DNA from: Gammaproteobacteria bacterium
GTDB taxonomy: Bacteria; Pseudomonadota; Gammaproteobacteria; Eutrophobiales; Eutrophobiaceae
Assembly (NCBI GenBank): GCA_003250975.1
Contig: QKIY01000028.1
Location: 195,248-259,247, forward strand
Direction of reading: 5' to 3'
DNA: 64,000 nucleotides
Shown: in pieces, positions 9,812-20,394 of the stretch
How the letters are laid out: every line of letters starts with the position of its first letter
Position numbering within the stretch: the first letter of the stretch is position 1
Program-made: the position numbers and the translations under genes
Notes under the pieces: model-generated
Told to the model about the DNA's origin: nothing
What the model saw: only the letters and a program-made list of their open reading frames with translations
Databases searched by the model: none

Positions 9812-11568
9812 GCATTGCCTTGCATGGCATGGGAGTATCACGCGGCATCGCGATTGGCAATGTTCATGTGATTCAGCGCGATCAACCTGATGTTCACGAA
9901 TACTTCCTGAAAAGTAATGAGGTCGAGGATGAAGTTAAGCGCTTCGAAACCGCCATTACATGTGCTAGGGAACAACTGCGTGCAATACGTAAACATATTC
10001 CACATGCTACAGATACGGATATAGCGGCATTTATCGACACTCATCTGTTAATGCTTGAAGATTCGGCTCTTACCCATGAACCCATTCGTTACATACGCGA
10101 ATACAAGTGCAATGCTGAATGGGCTCTCAAGCAGCAGCGTGATGCACTGGTCAGCGTATTTGATGAAATGAATGATGCCTACCTGCGCACAAGGAAGGAC
10201 GATGTTGATTATGTTGTAAGTCGCATTCAAAGATTCCTGAGCAATCGCAGTCCTCTGTTACATGAGGAACCCGGCAGCCATTCACGGTTATCCGGTTATA
10301 TCGTGCTGGCCAATGACCTGACGCCTGCGGATACGGTCATGATGCAACATAACGGTATAACCGGATTCCTTACCGAGTATGGCGGGCCAACTTCACACAC
10401 GGCCATTCTTGCACGTAGCCTGGGCCTGCCTGCCATCGTCGGTGTTCAACATGCCTTAAAATACATCAACGAGGAAGACTTCGTCATACTTGATGGCACT
10501 CGTGGCGTATTAATAATTGATCCCGACAGGCGGACACGCACCCAGTATGAAAGGCTGCAAAGAAAGGAAAAGCGTTATTACGCGGATCTGAGAAAACTCA
10601 AGGGCAAGCCTGCCGTCACCCTGGACAAGGTGGTTATCGACCTGCAGGCAAACATCGAGCTACAGGATGACTTCGAGACCGTAAAGGAAGTGGGCGCGAA
10701 TGGCGTCGGACTTTACCGTACGGAATTTCTTTATATGAACCGTGATGAACCGCCGGACGAAGAGGAACATTACGACACCTATACCAAGGTCATAAAGGCA
10801 CTTGGCGGTCTGCCACTGACTATACGCACGCTGGATCTGGGCGCAGACAAGCAAGTGGATGGCGGCAGCAGGCAGACCAGGCCAATCGCAGCCAACCCCG
10901 CGCTGGGCCTGAGGGCCATCAGGCTGTGCCTTAAGGAACCGGGTCTCTTCAAACCACAGGTCAGGGCCATACTCAGGGCCTCTGTCCACGGTCCTGTTCG
11001 AGTGATGATCCCTATGCTATCAAACGTGCACGAGATGACCCAGGTGCTGCAGATGGTTGACGCTATAAAGACCGAACTTGACGAAAAGAACATAGACTAT
11101 GACCATCACATCCAGTTCGGCGGCATGATAGAAGTCCCTGCCGCAGCCGTATGTGCGGAGATTTTTGCGCGCCATATGGATTTCCTTTCCATAGGGACCA
11201 ACGATCTCATTCAATACACCATGGCCATTGATCGCGTTAACGATGAGGTCAACTATCTTTACGATCCGCTGCACCCGGCGGTACTGAGACTGATACACGG
11301 CACCATCAGGGCGGGAGAAAAGTCCCATATTCCCGTTGCAATGTGCGGCGAGATGGCCGGCGAATGCCAGTATACCCGGCTTTTACTTGGGCTGGGCCTC
11401 AGGGAATTCAGTGTTCACCCGGCAGTATTGCTGGAAATTAAACAGATCATTACCCAGAGTGATATTGGCGAGCTGTCCCGCCTGGCAAAAAGAGCACTGA
11501 ATGCCGAGAACGGTGTTGAGGTAGCCGATATCATGTCCCTGGCCAGCCCTATGACTCTATCGTCATAA
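9808..11568 (+). CDS. ptsI: phosphoenolpyruvate-protein phosphotransferase (PTS Enzyme I), no GAF domain
   Basis: 586 aa; phospho-His region GGPTSHTAILARSLGLPAIVG, PEP-utilising TIM-barrel motifs (GTNDLIQY, MCGEMAG); overlaps HPr stop. Confidence 0.9.
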   Translation: MSIALHGMGVSRGIAIGNVHVIQRDQPDVHEYFLKSNEVEDEVKRFETAITCAREQLRAIRKHIPHATDTDIAAFIDTHLLMLEDSALTHEPIRYIREYKCNAEWALKQQRDALVSVFDEMNDAYLRTRKDDVDYVVSRIQRFLSNRSPLLHEEPGSHSRLSGYIVLANDLTPADTVMMQHNGITGFLTEYGGPTSHTAILARSLGLPAIVGVQHALKYINEEDFVILDGTRGVLIIDPDRRTRTQYERLQRKEKRYYADLRKLKGKPAVTLDKVVIDLQANIELQDDFETVKEVGANGVGLYRTEFLYMNRDEPPDEEEHYDTYTKVIKALGGLPLTIRTLDLGADKQVDGGSRQTRPIAANPALGLRAIRLCLKEPGLFKPQVRAILRASVHGPVRVMIPMLSNVHEMTQVLQMVDAIKTELDEKNIDYDHHIQFGGMIEVPAAAVCAEIFARHMDFLSIGTNDLIQYTMAIDRVNDEVNYLYDPLHPAVLRLIHGTIRAGEKSHIPVAMCGEMAGECQYTRLLLGLGLREFSVHPAVLLEIKQIITQSDIGELSRLAKRALNAENGVEVADIMSLASPMTLSS

Positions 11569-11682
11569 AAAAGACCTTTTCCGTATCTATTATTAAACAG
11601 GCGCGTTCCGGCATTACAAACGCTACCGGAATAGTTATTATCTAGCCACTACCCGCTAATTCACAGGAGACAGGCTACGGCC

Positions 11683-13041
11683 ATGAATGACGAGTCGCAA
11701 CAACCTGAGGATACGGAGATCATCGATCGTCTGTATGAGTCGCTTCATCAAGACGACCTCGATGTTGCGCGTGATTCTCTGGAAAAACTACACCCTTCAG
11801 AGATCGCAGACGCGCTGGAAAGCCTGCCAGGCAAAGAACGTGAACAGCTCTGGGACCTCGTCTCGCCTGAAATCGAGGGCGAAGTCATCTCTCAACTACA
11901 GGCCACCGTCCGGACGGAACTGCTCGGCCAGATGCAGCCACATGAAGTAGCCGAGGTTACCCGGGATCTCGATACCGATGACGTTGCCGACATCATCCAG
12001 GAGCTCCCTGAAGAGATAAAAGACACCGTCCTGTTGGCCATGGACGAGCAACACCGTCAGGAACTCACCTCCGTATTGTCTTTCCCTGAGGATACCGCTG
12101 GCGGACTGATGAATATTGATGCGGTATCGGTACGTGCAGATGTCTCGCTGGATGTTGTCATACGTTATCTCAGGCAATTGGGCGACATACCGGAACGAAC
12201 CGATAGCCTGATGGTGATTGACCGGGGAAACAAGTTCCTGGGGACCCTCAGCCTATCCAGCCTGCTCAGTAATGATCCGGAAAAGACCGTCGGCGAACTG
12301 ATGAGCAGGGGCACTGGTATACCTGCCATGACCCCGGCCAAGGAAGTAGCAAGGATGTTTGAACGTCGTGATTTTTTCTCCGCAGCTGTCGTCAATGATG
12401 AAAACATCTTGCTGGGAAGGATCACAGTTGACGACGTCGTCGACGTTATACAGGAAGAAGCAGAGCAATCCCTGAGAAACATGGCAGGACTGGGATTCGA
12501 TGACAATATGTTTGCCCCCGTCTTTACCAGCGCCCGCCGGCGGGCAATCTGGTTGGGAATAAATCTGGCGACTGCTTTTTTGGCAGCCTGGGTCATCGGT
12601 CAGTTCAAGGAAACCATTCAGCAACTAGTGGCCCTGGCTGTTCTGATGCCCATAGTCGCGGGCATGGGGGGCATAGCCGGTAGTCAGACACTGACGATAG
12701 CCATACGCGGTATCGCTGTTGGGCAGCTCGGCAAGACAAACTCGCGTGCCCTGATGGCAAAAGAGATCTCGGTGGGCATGCTTAACGGCCTGCTCTGGGC
12801 CAGCGTGGTCACCCTCGTCGTTGTGTTCTGGTTTGGAAATTGGCCGCTTGGCCTGGTCATTGGCGCGGCCATGGTCATCAATCTGGTCATTGCCGCACTG
12901 GCTGGCGCCATCATCCCACTGGCCCTGAAGCGCTACGGAATCGATCCTGCAATCGCCGGCAGCGTGTTGCTAACGACCGTAACAGATGTGGTTGGCTTTG
13001 TTACTTTCCTGGGACTGGCGGCCCTCCTGCTAATACCTTGA
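11683..13041 (+). CDS. mgtE: magnesium transporter MgtE
   Basis: N-terminal acidic MgtE_N domain, CBS pair, C-terminal 5-TM pore domain; 452 aa. Confidence 0.9.
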   Translation: MNDESQQPEDTEIIDRLYESLHQDDLDVARDSLEKLHPSEIADALESLPGKEREQLWDLVSPEIEGEVISQLQATVRTELLGQMQPHEVAEVTRDLDTDDVADIIQELPEEIKDTVLLAMDEQHRQELTSVLSFPEDTAGGLMNIDAVSVRADVSLDVVIRYLRQLGDIPERTDSLMVIDRGNKFLGTLSLSSLLSNDPEKTVGELMSRGTGIPAMTPAKEVARMFERRDFFSAAVVNDENILLGRITVDDVVDVIQEEAEQSLRNMAGLGFDDNMFAPVFTSARRRAIWLGINLATAFLAAWVIGQFKETIQQLVALAVLMPIVAGMGGIAGSQTLTIAIRGIAVGQLGKTNSRALMAKEISVGMLNGLLWASVVTLVVVFWFGNWPLGLVIGAAMVINLVIAALAGAIIPLALKRYGIDPAIAGSVLLTTVTDVVGFVTFLGLAALLLIP

Positions 13042-13054
13042 CTGGTTACGGCGG

Positions 13055-13498
13055 CTAGCCGCTCCAGTGGCCCTTATTAAATGACTGGTAAAAGCGTTTA
13101 CAGGAACGCAGATAGGCGGCCAGGTGCATTTCCCTGAACCGTGTCAGCTCCCAATCCCTACCCGTCAATAAATGGCGGTATGAAGCACTGACCACGTAAA
13201 CCTCCGCCTGTACTGTATTATTTCCCTGCCAGTAGACTGGCAGACTTTTCCGTTCATAGAGCACATCCTCAAAGGCATCCAGAAGGACCATCGCCGGAGG
13301 ATCAACTTCGTGGTAAATAGTGCCGCAAACCTGATGACCGGGTTGCGGAAATATGCCGGGAAAGACCTCGTTGCGGATGCAGGAACGGGCAAAACCATGG
13401 AGTGTGGCTGGGTCTGAATCAAACGCCCGGCCGGTAACAGCCTGCATGACCTCCTGCAACTGCAGGGTGCCATAGGTAAAGACCGTGTTCATGAGCAA
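13055..13498 (-). CDS. gamma-glutamyl cyclotransferase-like (AIG2/GGCT fold) protein
   Basis: N-terminal VFTYGTL motif characteristic of the GGCT/AIG2 family; 147 aa. Confidence 0.65.
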   Translation of the reverse strand: MLMNTVFTYGTLQLQEVMQAVTGRAFDSDPATLHGFARSCIRNEVFPGIFPQPGHQVCGTIYHEVDPPAMVLLDAFEDVLYERKSLPVYWQGNNTVQAEVYVVSASYRHLLTGRDWELTRFREMHLAAYLRSCKRFYQSFNKGHWSG

Positions 13499-13531
13499 GG
13501 CGAAAGGTGGGTAGTCAACCCTGGTGGTGGA

Positions 13532-13900
13532 TCACCATTTAAATATCACCCACTGCGGAACAGAGATGTTGGAATAAATGTCATTGACCCGAGACTCAAG
13601 GTTGCCGTCGCCATCATTATCAATCAGGTAGTAAGGCTTGCCCACGTCTGGTGTGATCTTGATCATATAAAGCTGTCCATTGACACGGTACTCCGATATC
13701 GTCGCCCCCTCTTTTTTGATGATTGTGACCTCGGGTTCAATCGGTTCACCACTTTGCACCGTTGATGGTAATTCGGGTGGCTCCGGGACCTCTTCCAGGT
13801 CCTGACGTCCTTCTTCGGCTGCAGAGACCATCAGGCTGAGGGCCGCCAGCAATGCAGTGATCAGGAGGTTTCTTGCAATAAATGAGACGGATCGAAGCAT
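13532..13900 (-). CDS. small periplasmic protein with signal peptide (DUF2782-like)
   Basis: Cleavable signal peptide, acidic Pro/Glu-rich linker, C-terminal beta-rich domain; 122 aa. The family assignment is from memory of composition only. Confidence 0.45.
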   Translation of the reverse strand: MLRSVSFIARNLLITALLAALSLMVSAAEEGRQDLEEVPEPPELPSTVQSGEPIEPEVTIIKKEGATISEYRVNGQLYMIKITPDVGKPYYLIDNDGDGNLESRVNDIYSNISVPQWVIFKW

Positions 13901-13905
13901 CGCGG

Positions 13906-14631
13906 TTAAAGCTCCAGTTGACGTCGTTTCTCTTCCGGGGTCATTTCGATTCCCCTGTCCTTATAATAATCAAAAATGGCATCGACCACCTCCTGGGGTT
14001 CCTCCACTGTCCGAAACAGGGACATGTCCTCCGGGTCAAGCATCCCCTGCTTCACCAGCGTGTCTTGCAGCCAGTCAATTAAGCCTATCCAGAATTCCCG
14101 TTTGACCAGAATTATCGGGATACGCCGGCTCTTCCTGGTCTGTACCAGCGTAAGAATCTCCACCAGCTCATCCAGCGTACCAAAGCCTCCCGGCAGCACC
14201 ACGTATGCGGAGGCATATTTGACAAACATGACCTTGCGAGAGAAGAAATGCCGGAAGTAAAGCGAAATATCCTGGTATTCATTGGCGCCCTGTTCATGCG
14301 GTAACATGATGTTCAGGCCTACACTTTGTGAACGCCCACCATAGGCGCCGCGGTTGAAGGCCTCCATCAGGCCCGGCCCGCCGCCACTGACCACCGAGAA
14401 ACCAGCATCTGACAACATGCGCGCGACCTGTTCGCCAAGATCATAGAGAGGATGGCCCAGTTCTATGCGCGCCGAACCGAACATACTTACTGAGGGCTTG
14501 ATGGCAACAAGCTTCTCGAAACCTTCAACGAACTCCGCCATGATCTGAAACACCTTCCAGGATTCCCGTGTGAGATCCGAGTCATTGATCATGGGTTGGG
14601 CAGACTTGTTACGATCGTTCATAATGACCAA
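13906..14631 (-). CDS. LOG family cytokinin riboside 5'-monophosphate phosphoribohydrolase-like (TIGR00730 Rossmann protein)
   Basis: GGGPGLMEA and PGGFGTLDEL signature motifs; the start may be the internal Met (MINDSDL). Confidence 0.8.
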   Translation of the reverse strand: MVIMNDRNKSAQPMINDSDLTRESWKVFQIMAEFVEGFEKLVAIKPSVSMFGSARIELGHPLYDLGEQVARMLSDAGFSVVSGGGPGLMEAFNRGAYGGRSQSVGLNIMLPHEQGANEYQDISLYFRHFFSRKVMFVKYASAYVVLPGGFGTLDELVEILTLVQTRKSRRIPIILVKREFWIGLIDWLQDTLVKQGMLDPEDMSLFRTVEEPQEVVDAIFDYYKDRGIEMTPEEKRRQLEL

Positions 14632-14664
14632 CTATCATACTTGCTTTTTAGCCGCCGGAATACA

Positions 14665-17358
14665 ATGAAGAAAAAACTGCTGATCCTGGTTGATGGCTCC
14701 TATTATATGTTTCGTGCCTATCATGCCCTGCCTCATCTGAAGAACCGGAACGGTGAGGACACCGGCGCGATCTTTGGCGCCGTCAACATGCTGCGAAAAC
14801 TGATCAACGACTACCAGCCCGATTACTTTGCTGTAGTGTTTGATGCCAAGGGAAAAACCTTTCGCAATGATCTCTATCCGGAATACAAGGCCCACCGCCC
14901 AGAGATGCCCGAGGACCTTGCGACCCAGATTGAGCCGCTACACAGGCTGGTCAAGGCAATGGGGCTACCATTGTTAATGGTAGATAACGTGGAAGCGGAC
15001 GATGTTATCGGCACATTGTCACTGGAAGCTGCAAAAGAGGGCATGGAGGTATTGATATCCTCAGGTGACAAGGATCTGGCACAACTGGTCAACGGTAACA
15101 TACGGATGATCAATACCATGAAAAATGTCGTAATCGATCGGCAAGGGGTGATGGAAAAATATGGCGTCACACCGGAACAGATCATTGACTTCCTTACACT
15201 GGTCGGCGACAGCGTCGACAATGTTCCCGGCGTTCCCAATGTGGGCCCGAAAACGGCAGCCAAGTGGCTGAGTGAATACGGCGACCTGGATACCATTATC
15301 AAAAACGCCGATAACATCAAGGGCAAAGTCGGCGAGAACCTGCGCGGGGCCATCAACACGATCCCCCTAACTAAACAACTTGTGACATTGAAATGTGATG
15401 TACCACTGGAACTGAAACCCGGCGACCTGTTGCCCAGTGACCCCGACAAGGCCCGGTTGAAAGAAGACTACAAACGCTGGGGCTTCAACTCATTGCTGCG
15501 TGAGGTGGAGCAGGACGATGAGTCTCCCGTCAAGCAGCAAATGGATGATGACTGCCATTACGAGACTATCCTGACCGATACACTACTCGACGACTGGATA
15601 AAAAGACTGGAGGGAGCGGAGCTTTTCGCCTTCGACTCGGAAACAACCAGCCTGAATTATATCGAGGCAGAAATCGTTGGTGTTTCGTTCGCCATTGATG
15701 AAACCCGGGCAGCCTACGTGCCACTGGCGCATGACTATGAGGGTGCGCCAGAACAGCTTGACCGCAACAAGACTCTAGCCAAGCTGAAGCCTCTGCTTGA
15801 GGACGCACAACATGAAAAACTGGGGCACCACCTCAAATATGATATGAACGTGCTGGCCAATCACGGCATAGACCTCCGGGGGTGTCGACATGATTCCATG
15901 CTGGAGTCTTATGTGTTAAACAGCACCGCCAGTCGACATGATATGGATACGCTGGCATTGAAGCACCTTGGAAAGACTACGATCCATTATGAAGACGTGG
16001 CTGGCAAGGGAGCCAAGCAGATCCCGTTTAACAAGGTCACCATAGAGGAGGCTGCACCGTATGCCGCCGAAGACGCCGAGGTGACTCTCAGACTACACCG
16101 ATATTTCTGGCCACAACTAGAAGGATCCGCTGGCCTGCGGGAGATTTATGAATCCATCGAGATCCCCTTGCTTCCGGTTCTCTCAAAAATGGAGCGCAAC
16201 GGAGTATTAATCGATGTCAAGCTGATAGCAATACAGAGGGAGGAACTGGGTGCGCGGTTGAAGGAAATCGAGGAGGCGGCTTACGCAGAGGCAGGCACGA
16301 TGTTTAACATCAGTTCACCTAAACAGATCCAGGAGGTCCTTTATGATAATCAGGGGCTCCCGGTCCTGGCCAAGACTCCCAAGGGACAACCGTCAACGGC
16401 AGAGTCGGTGTTGCAGGAACTGGCGGCGGACTATACGTTGCCCCGGCTCATACTCGAGCACCGCGCCCTGAATAAACTTATCTCCACCTATATCGATCGG
16501 CTCCCGGAACAAATCAGTCCGAAGACCGGTCGGGTACATACCTCCTACCATCAGGCTATTGCAGCGACTGGCAGACTTTCATCCTCCGATCCGAACCTGC
16601 AAAATATTCCGGTGCGCAGCGAAGAGGGCCGCCGGATCCGGCGCGCCTTTGTGGCCCCGAAGGGACAAGTATTGCTGGCCGCGGATTACTCACAGATCGA
16701 ACTGCGGATCATGGCCCACCTGTCGGGCGATAAGGGGCTGCTGGCGGCATTCGAGGCAGGCGAGGATATACATAGAATGACGGCAGCCGAGGTCTTTAAT
16801 ATACCTCCTGAAAAGGTCAGCGCGGACCAGCGGCGTTCAGCAAAGGCCATCAACTTCGGCCTCATCTACGGGATGTCCCCTTTCGGGCTCGCCAGACAAC
16901 TCAGTATCGGACGCAGCGAGGCCAAGGCCTATGTCGACCGGTATTTCGAGCGTTATCCCGGCGTCCTGAAATATATGGAACAAACCCGCCGGCAGGCGCG
17001 GGAAACAGGCTTTGTAGAGACCGTTTACAAGCGCAGGCTTTATCTACCCGACATCAACTCCAAAAACGCTGCCCAACGGCAATACGCGGAACGCACGGCT
17101 ATTAACGCACCAATGCAGGGCACCGCGGCAGATATCATCAAACGCGCAATGATCTCTGTCGATGCCTGGCTCGCGGAAAATGACCTTGATGCCCGATTGA
17201 TCATGCAGGTCCACGACGAACTGGTGCTGGAAGTCAGCGAGGACATCCTGGAGAAGGTGCGTGGCAAGGTTCACGAATTGATGATCGGTGCTGCTGATCT
17301 GGATGTGCCTCTGGAGGTCGATCTTGGAACTGGCAGGAACTGGGACGAAGCCCATTAG
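14665..17358 (+). CDS. polA: DNA polymerase I
   Basis: 5'-3' exonuclease N-domain (KLLILVDGSYYMFRAY), 3'-5' exonuclease and Pol A palm motifs (RRSAKAINFGLIYG, QVHDELV). ORF-track start 14596 trimmed to ATG 14665 (MKKKLLILV). Confidence 0.95.
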   Translation: MKKKLLILVDGSYYMFRAYHALPHLKNRNGEDTGAIFGAVNMLRKLINDYQPDYFAVVFDAKGKTFRNDLYPEYKAHRPEMPEDLATQIEPLHRLVKAMGLPLLMVDNVEADDVIGTLSLEAAKEGMEVLISSGDKDLAQLVNGNIRMINTMKNVVIDRQGVMEKYGVTPEQIIDFLTLVGDSVDNVPGVPNVGPKTAAKWLSEYGDLDTIIKNADNIKGKVGENLRGAINTIPLTKQLVTLKCDVPLELKPGDLLPSDPDKARLKEDYKRWGFNSLLREVEQDDESPVKQQMDDDCHYETILTDTLLDDWIKRLEGAELFAFDSETTSLNYIEAEIVGVSFAIDETRAAYVPLAHDYEGAPEQLDRNKTLAKLKPLLEDAQHEKLGHHLKYDMNVLANHGIDLRGCRHDSMLESYVLNSTASRHDMDTLALKHLGKTTIHYEDVAGKGAKQIPFNKVTIEEAAPYAAEDAEVTLRLHRYFWPQLEGSAGLREIYESIEIPLLPVLSKMERNGVLIDVKLIAIQREELGARLKEIEEAAYAEAGTMFNISSPKQIQEVLYDNQGLPVLAKTPKGQPSTAESVLQELAADYTLPRLILEHRALNKLISTYIDRLPEQISPKTGRVHTSYHQAIAATGRLSSSDPNLQNIPVRSEEGRRIRRAFVAPKGQVLLAADYSQIELRIMAHLSGDKGLLAAFEAGEDIHRMTAAEVFNIPPEKVSADQRRSAKAINFGLIYGMSPFGLARQLSIGRSEAKAYVDRYFERYPGVLKYMEQTRRQARETGFVETVYKRRLYLPDINSKNAAQRQYAERTAINAPMQGTAADIIKRAMISVDAWLAENDLDARLIMQVHDELVLEVSEDILEKVRGKVHELMIGAADLDVPLEVDLGTGRNWDEAH

Positions 17359-17498
17359 TCAGCGCCAGTTACTGGTAATAAAGGAAAAGTTTTTCAAAAC
17401 ATAAATCCCTGCTAATATTTTAATGTAACTAAAGACCGCAGAGAAAAATTCAAGCTGATAATCCCACGCTTTTGTAAGTCTGATTCTTTGAAAAATCC

Positions 17499-18251
17499 AT
17501 GTTATTGATTCCTGCAATAGATATAAAAAATGGCCGTTGTGTCCGTCTCCGGCAGGGGCGCATGGACGAAGAAACAGTCTATGGCGAAGATCCTGTGAAG
17601 ATTGCAAAACGCTGGGTCGACGCGGGTGCCAGGCGGCTTCATATCGTTGATCTTGACGGGGCCATTGCGGGAAAACCGGAAAACGCGGATATCATTCACG
17701 ATATCGCCGAGGCCTTCCCGGAGGTGCCCCTGCAGGTGGGTGGCGGCATTCGTGATGAAGACACGATACAGACCTACCTGGATGTTGGGGTAACATTTGT
17801 TATTGTCGGTACCAAAGCCGTAACCACACCGCATTTCGTCTCGGATATCTGTCTTGAGTTTCCGGGCCATATTATCGTTGGCCTGGACGCCAAAAACGGC
17901 AAACTGGCGACCAATGGCTGGTCCAAGCTATCCCATCATGGTGCCATTGATATGGCAAGACGCTTCGAAGAAGACGGTGTCGCCGCCATTATCTTCACCG
18001 ATATCGGCCGTGACGGTATGATGAACAGTATCAATATCGAGGCTACGCTGGAGCTTTGCAAGGCAATTACTATCCCGGTGATTGCGTCCGGCGGGATTAC
18101 CAACATGGATGACATCCGCAGGCTTTGCGAGGTGGCCGAGGAAGGGATAGCCGGCGCCATCACCGGGCGCGCCATTTATGAAGGGACGCTGGATTTTGCC
18201 GAGGCCCAGAAACTCGCTGACGAAATCTGCACCTACATACCGCAGAGCTAG
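17499..18251 (+). CDS. hisA: ProFAR isomerase
   Basis: [18 protein letters not shown]-terminus, (beta/alpha)8 HisA motifs. Confidence 0.9.
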   Translation: MLLIPAIDIKNGRCVRLRQGRMDEETVYGEDPVKIAKRWVDAGARRLHIVDLDGAIAGKPENADIIHDIAEAFPEVPLQVGGGIRDEDTIQTYLDVGVTFVIVGTKAVTTPHFVSDICLEFPGHIIVGLDAKNGKLATNGWSKLSHHGAIDMARRFEEDGVAAIIFTDIGRDGMMNSINIEATLELCKAITIPVIASGGITNMDDIRRLCEVAEEGIAGAITGRAIYEGTLDFAEAQKLADEICTYIPQS

Positions 18252-18254
18252 ACA

Positions 18255-19022
18255 ATGACCCTGGCTAAACGAATCATCCCCTGCCTGGACGTAGATGCAG
18301 GAAGGGTGGTCAAGGGTATTAAATTCGTGGATATCAGGGATGCCGGCGATCCGGTGGAGGTAGCCAAGCGTTATGATCTACAGGGTGCAGACGAGATTAC
18401 CTTTCTGGATATAACCGCCAGCAGCGACGACCGCGACACCATGGTGCATGTGGTGGAGGCCGTTGCGGCACAGGTGTTTATCCCCCTTACAGTCGGCGGC
18501 GGGATCCGGACGCTGGACGACATTCGCAAGATGCTGAACGCCGGCGCCGACAAGGTGAGCATCAATACCGCGGCAGTGAAGCAACCGGACTTTATCAATG
18601 CCGCGTCCGGACGGTTTGGTTCCCAGTGCATCGTTGTGGCGATCGACGCTAAACAGTCATCCAATGCCCCTTCTGGCTGGGAAGTGTTTACCCACGGCGG
18701 ACGTAACCCTACCGGCATCGATGCAGTAGAATGGGCCAGGGAAATGACAGCGCGCGGTGCCGGTGAAATACTGTTGACCAGTATGGACCGGGACGGTACG
18801 CGCAACGGTTTTGACCTGGCTTTGACGCGCGCGGTCAGCGAGGCAGTCAGTATCCCGGTGATCGCCTCAGGCGGCGTGGGCACGCTGGAACACCTGGCGG
18901 AAGGGATACTCGAAGGCAAGGCTGATGCGGTACTGGCTGCCAGCATCTTTCACTTTGGCGAGCATACGGTGGGCGAGGCCAAGACTCTGCTCCGTGAACA
19001 CAATATCGAAGTAAGGCTCTGA
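18255..19022 (+). CDS. hisF: imidazole glycerol phosphate synthase cyclase subunit
   Basis: [26 protein letters not shown] motifs; 255 aa. Confidence 0.92.
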   Translation: MTLAKRIIPCLDVDAGRVVKGIKFVDIRDAGDPVEVAKRYDLQGADEITFLDITASSDDRDTMVHVVEAVAAQVFIPLTVGGGIRTLDDIRKMLNAGADKVSINTAAVKQPDFINAASGRFGSQCIVVAIDAKQSSNAPSGWEVFTHGGRNPTGIDAVEWAREMTARGAGEILLTSMDRDGTRNGFDLALTRAVSEAVSIPVIASGGVGTLEHLAEGILEGKADAVLAASIFHFGEHTVGEAKTLLREHNIEVRL

Positions 19023-19026
19023 TGGT

Positions 19027-19434
19027 ATGGTTGAAAAATCCGACACAGACTGGCTTAACGATATCCGCTGGGGCGACGATGGCCTTATTGCCGCTATTGC
19101 CCAGGATGCAGATAGCGGCGACGTGCTGACGCTGGCCTGGATGAACCGGGAGGCTCTGATCGAAACAATAAAAAACGGCTATGCCGTATACTGGTCTAGG
19201 TCGCGGCAGCGTCTCTGGAAAAAAGGCGAGCAGTCCGGCCATACCCAGAAGGTTCAGGACGTATATCTAGATTGTGACAAGGATGCCGTGCTGTTACGCG
19301 TTTCTCAGACCGGTGGTATTGCCTGTCATACTGGGAGGAAGAGTTGTTTTTTTCTGAAATTTGAGGATAAGCGGTGGGTGGAAAGCAGCCCTGTGCTCAA
19401 GGACCCCGATGAAATCTACAAACGTGATCACTAA
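19027..19434 (+). CDS. hisI: phosphoribosyl-AMP cyclohydrolase
   Basis: LIAAIAQD...LAWMNREAL...DCD core; 135 aa. Confidence 0.85.
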   Translation: MVEKSDTDWLNDIRWGDDGLIAAIAQDADSGDVLTLAWMNREALIETIKNGYAVYWSRSRQRLWKKGEQSGHTQKVQDVYLDCDKDAVLLRVSQTGGIACHTGRKSCFFLKFEDKRWVESSPVLKDPDEIYKRDH

Positions 19435-19452
19435 CCCCTGTAATACTGACCT

Positions 19453-19773
19453 ATGACAAAAGATGTTTTAAGCACCCTGGCCAAGACCCTGGAACAACGC
19501 AAGTCTGCGGACCCGGAGAAATCCTATGTTGCCAGCCTGTACGCGAAAGGCCTGGGTGCTGTCCTCAAGAAGATCGATGAAGAGGCGACCGAGGTCGTTT
19601 TGGCTGCAAATACGGGCGAGAAACAAGATATAATCCATGAAACGGCGGACCTGTGGTTTCACACACTGGTCATGCTGGCCCAGCTCGGACTGGGGCCGGA
19701 CGATGTGCTTGAGGAACTGGAGAGGCGTTTCGGCCAATCCGGGATTGAGGAAAAGGCACAACGAAAGCGGTAG
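19453..19773 (+). CDS. hisE: phosphoribosyl-ATP pyrophosphatase
   Basis: MazG-like all-alpha fold, EEATEV / ETADLWFH motifs; 106 aa. Confidence 0.85.
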   Translation: MTKDVLSTLAKTLEQRKSADPEKSYVASLYAKGLGAVLKKIDEEATEVVLAANTGEKQDIIHETADLWFHTLVMLAQLGLGPDDVLEELERRFGQSGIEEKAQRKR

Positions 19774-19814
19774 GCCCGGGCCGGACACACACTAAATAGC
19801 TTGGAGAATGATCT

Positions 19815-20054
19815 ATGGGTCGATTTAGTATCTGGGAATTATTAATCGTATTGGCGATCGTCATACTACTGTTTGGAACCAAAAAGCTGCGCAATATTGG
19901 CAGTGACTTGGGTAGCGCATTGAAGAGCTTCAGGAAGGCCATCAAGGAAGAAGATGCGGAGACACCATCAGACGAACCAGCTTCTCCTGCAGGCAATGTG
20001 ATAGAGGGGGACGCGGATTCCACTTCCGATAAAGACAACAAAAAAGAGTCCTGA
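19815..20054 (+). CDS. tatA: twin-arginine translocase TatA
   Basis: [42 protein letters not shown]. Confidence 0.9.
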   Translation: MGRFSIWELLIVLAIVILLFGTKKLRNIGSDLGSALKSFRKAIKEEDAETPSDEPASPAGNVIEGDADSTSDKDNKKES

Positions 20055-20106
20055 CTTCCCCAGAGCCATAGATTGCTCATTACCCCCGGAATTTTCATAA
20101 CCTCTT

Positions 20107-20394
20107 ATGTTTGATATCGGCTTCTGGGAACTGGTCGTGATCGGCATCGTGGCATTGCTGATCATCGGGCCTGAAAAACTGCCGGGTTTCGCAAGGACTG
20201 CGGGACACTGGATTAGCAAGCTCAGACGCTTTATCAATAGCACACGTCGTGAGCTGGAACAGGAACTGGGGGAACACAGTGATTACACACAGAACCTCTC
20301 CAGCCTAGATGATTTGATAAAAGACGCGCCAGACCGGGCCCCGGGTTTCAATAAGGACAAGGGCCAGAAGGACACGGATAAAGACAGACAATGA
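20107..20394 (+). CDS. tatB: twin-arginine translocase TatB
   Basis: MFDIGFWELVVIGIVALLIIGPEKLP; longer amphipathic tail than TatA. Confidence 0.85.
   Translation: MFDIGFWELVVIGIVALLIIGPEKLPGFARTAGHWISKLRRFINSTRRELEQELGEHSDYTQNLSSLDDLIKDAPDRAPGFNKDKGQKDTDKDRQ

Noticed and set aside
11569-11682. possible Mg2+ riboswitch (M-box) upstream of mgtE
   Set aside because: The leader is only 114 nt and I could not recognise the conserved M-box helices or loops by eye; proteobacterial mgtE usually lacks it.
14874-15449. 191-aa minus-strand ORF inside polA
   Set aside because: Antisense to polA; Ser/Pro-rich low-complexity.
18371-18946. 191-aa minus-strand ORF inside hisF
   Set aside because: Antisense shadow; hisF on + strand has unambiguous motifs.
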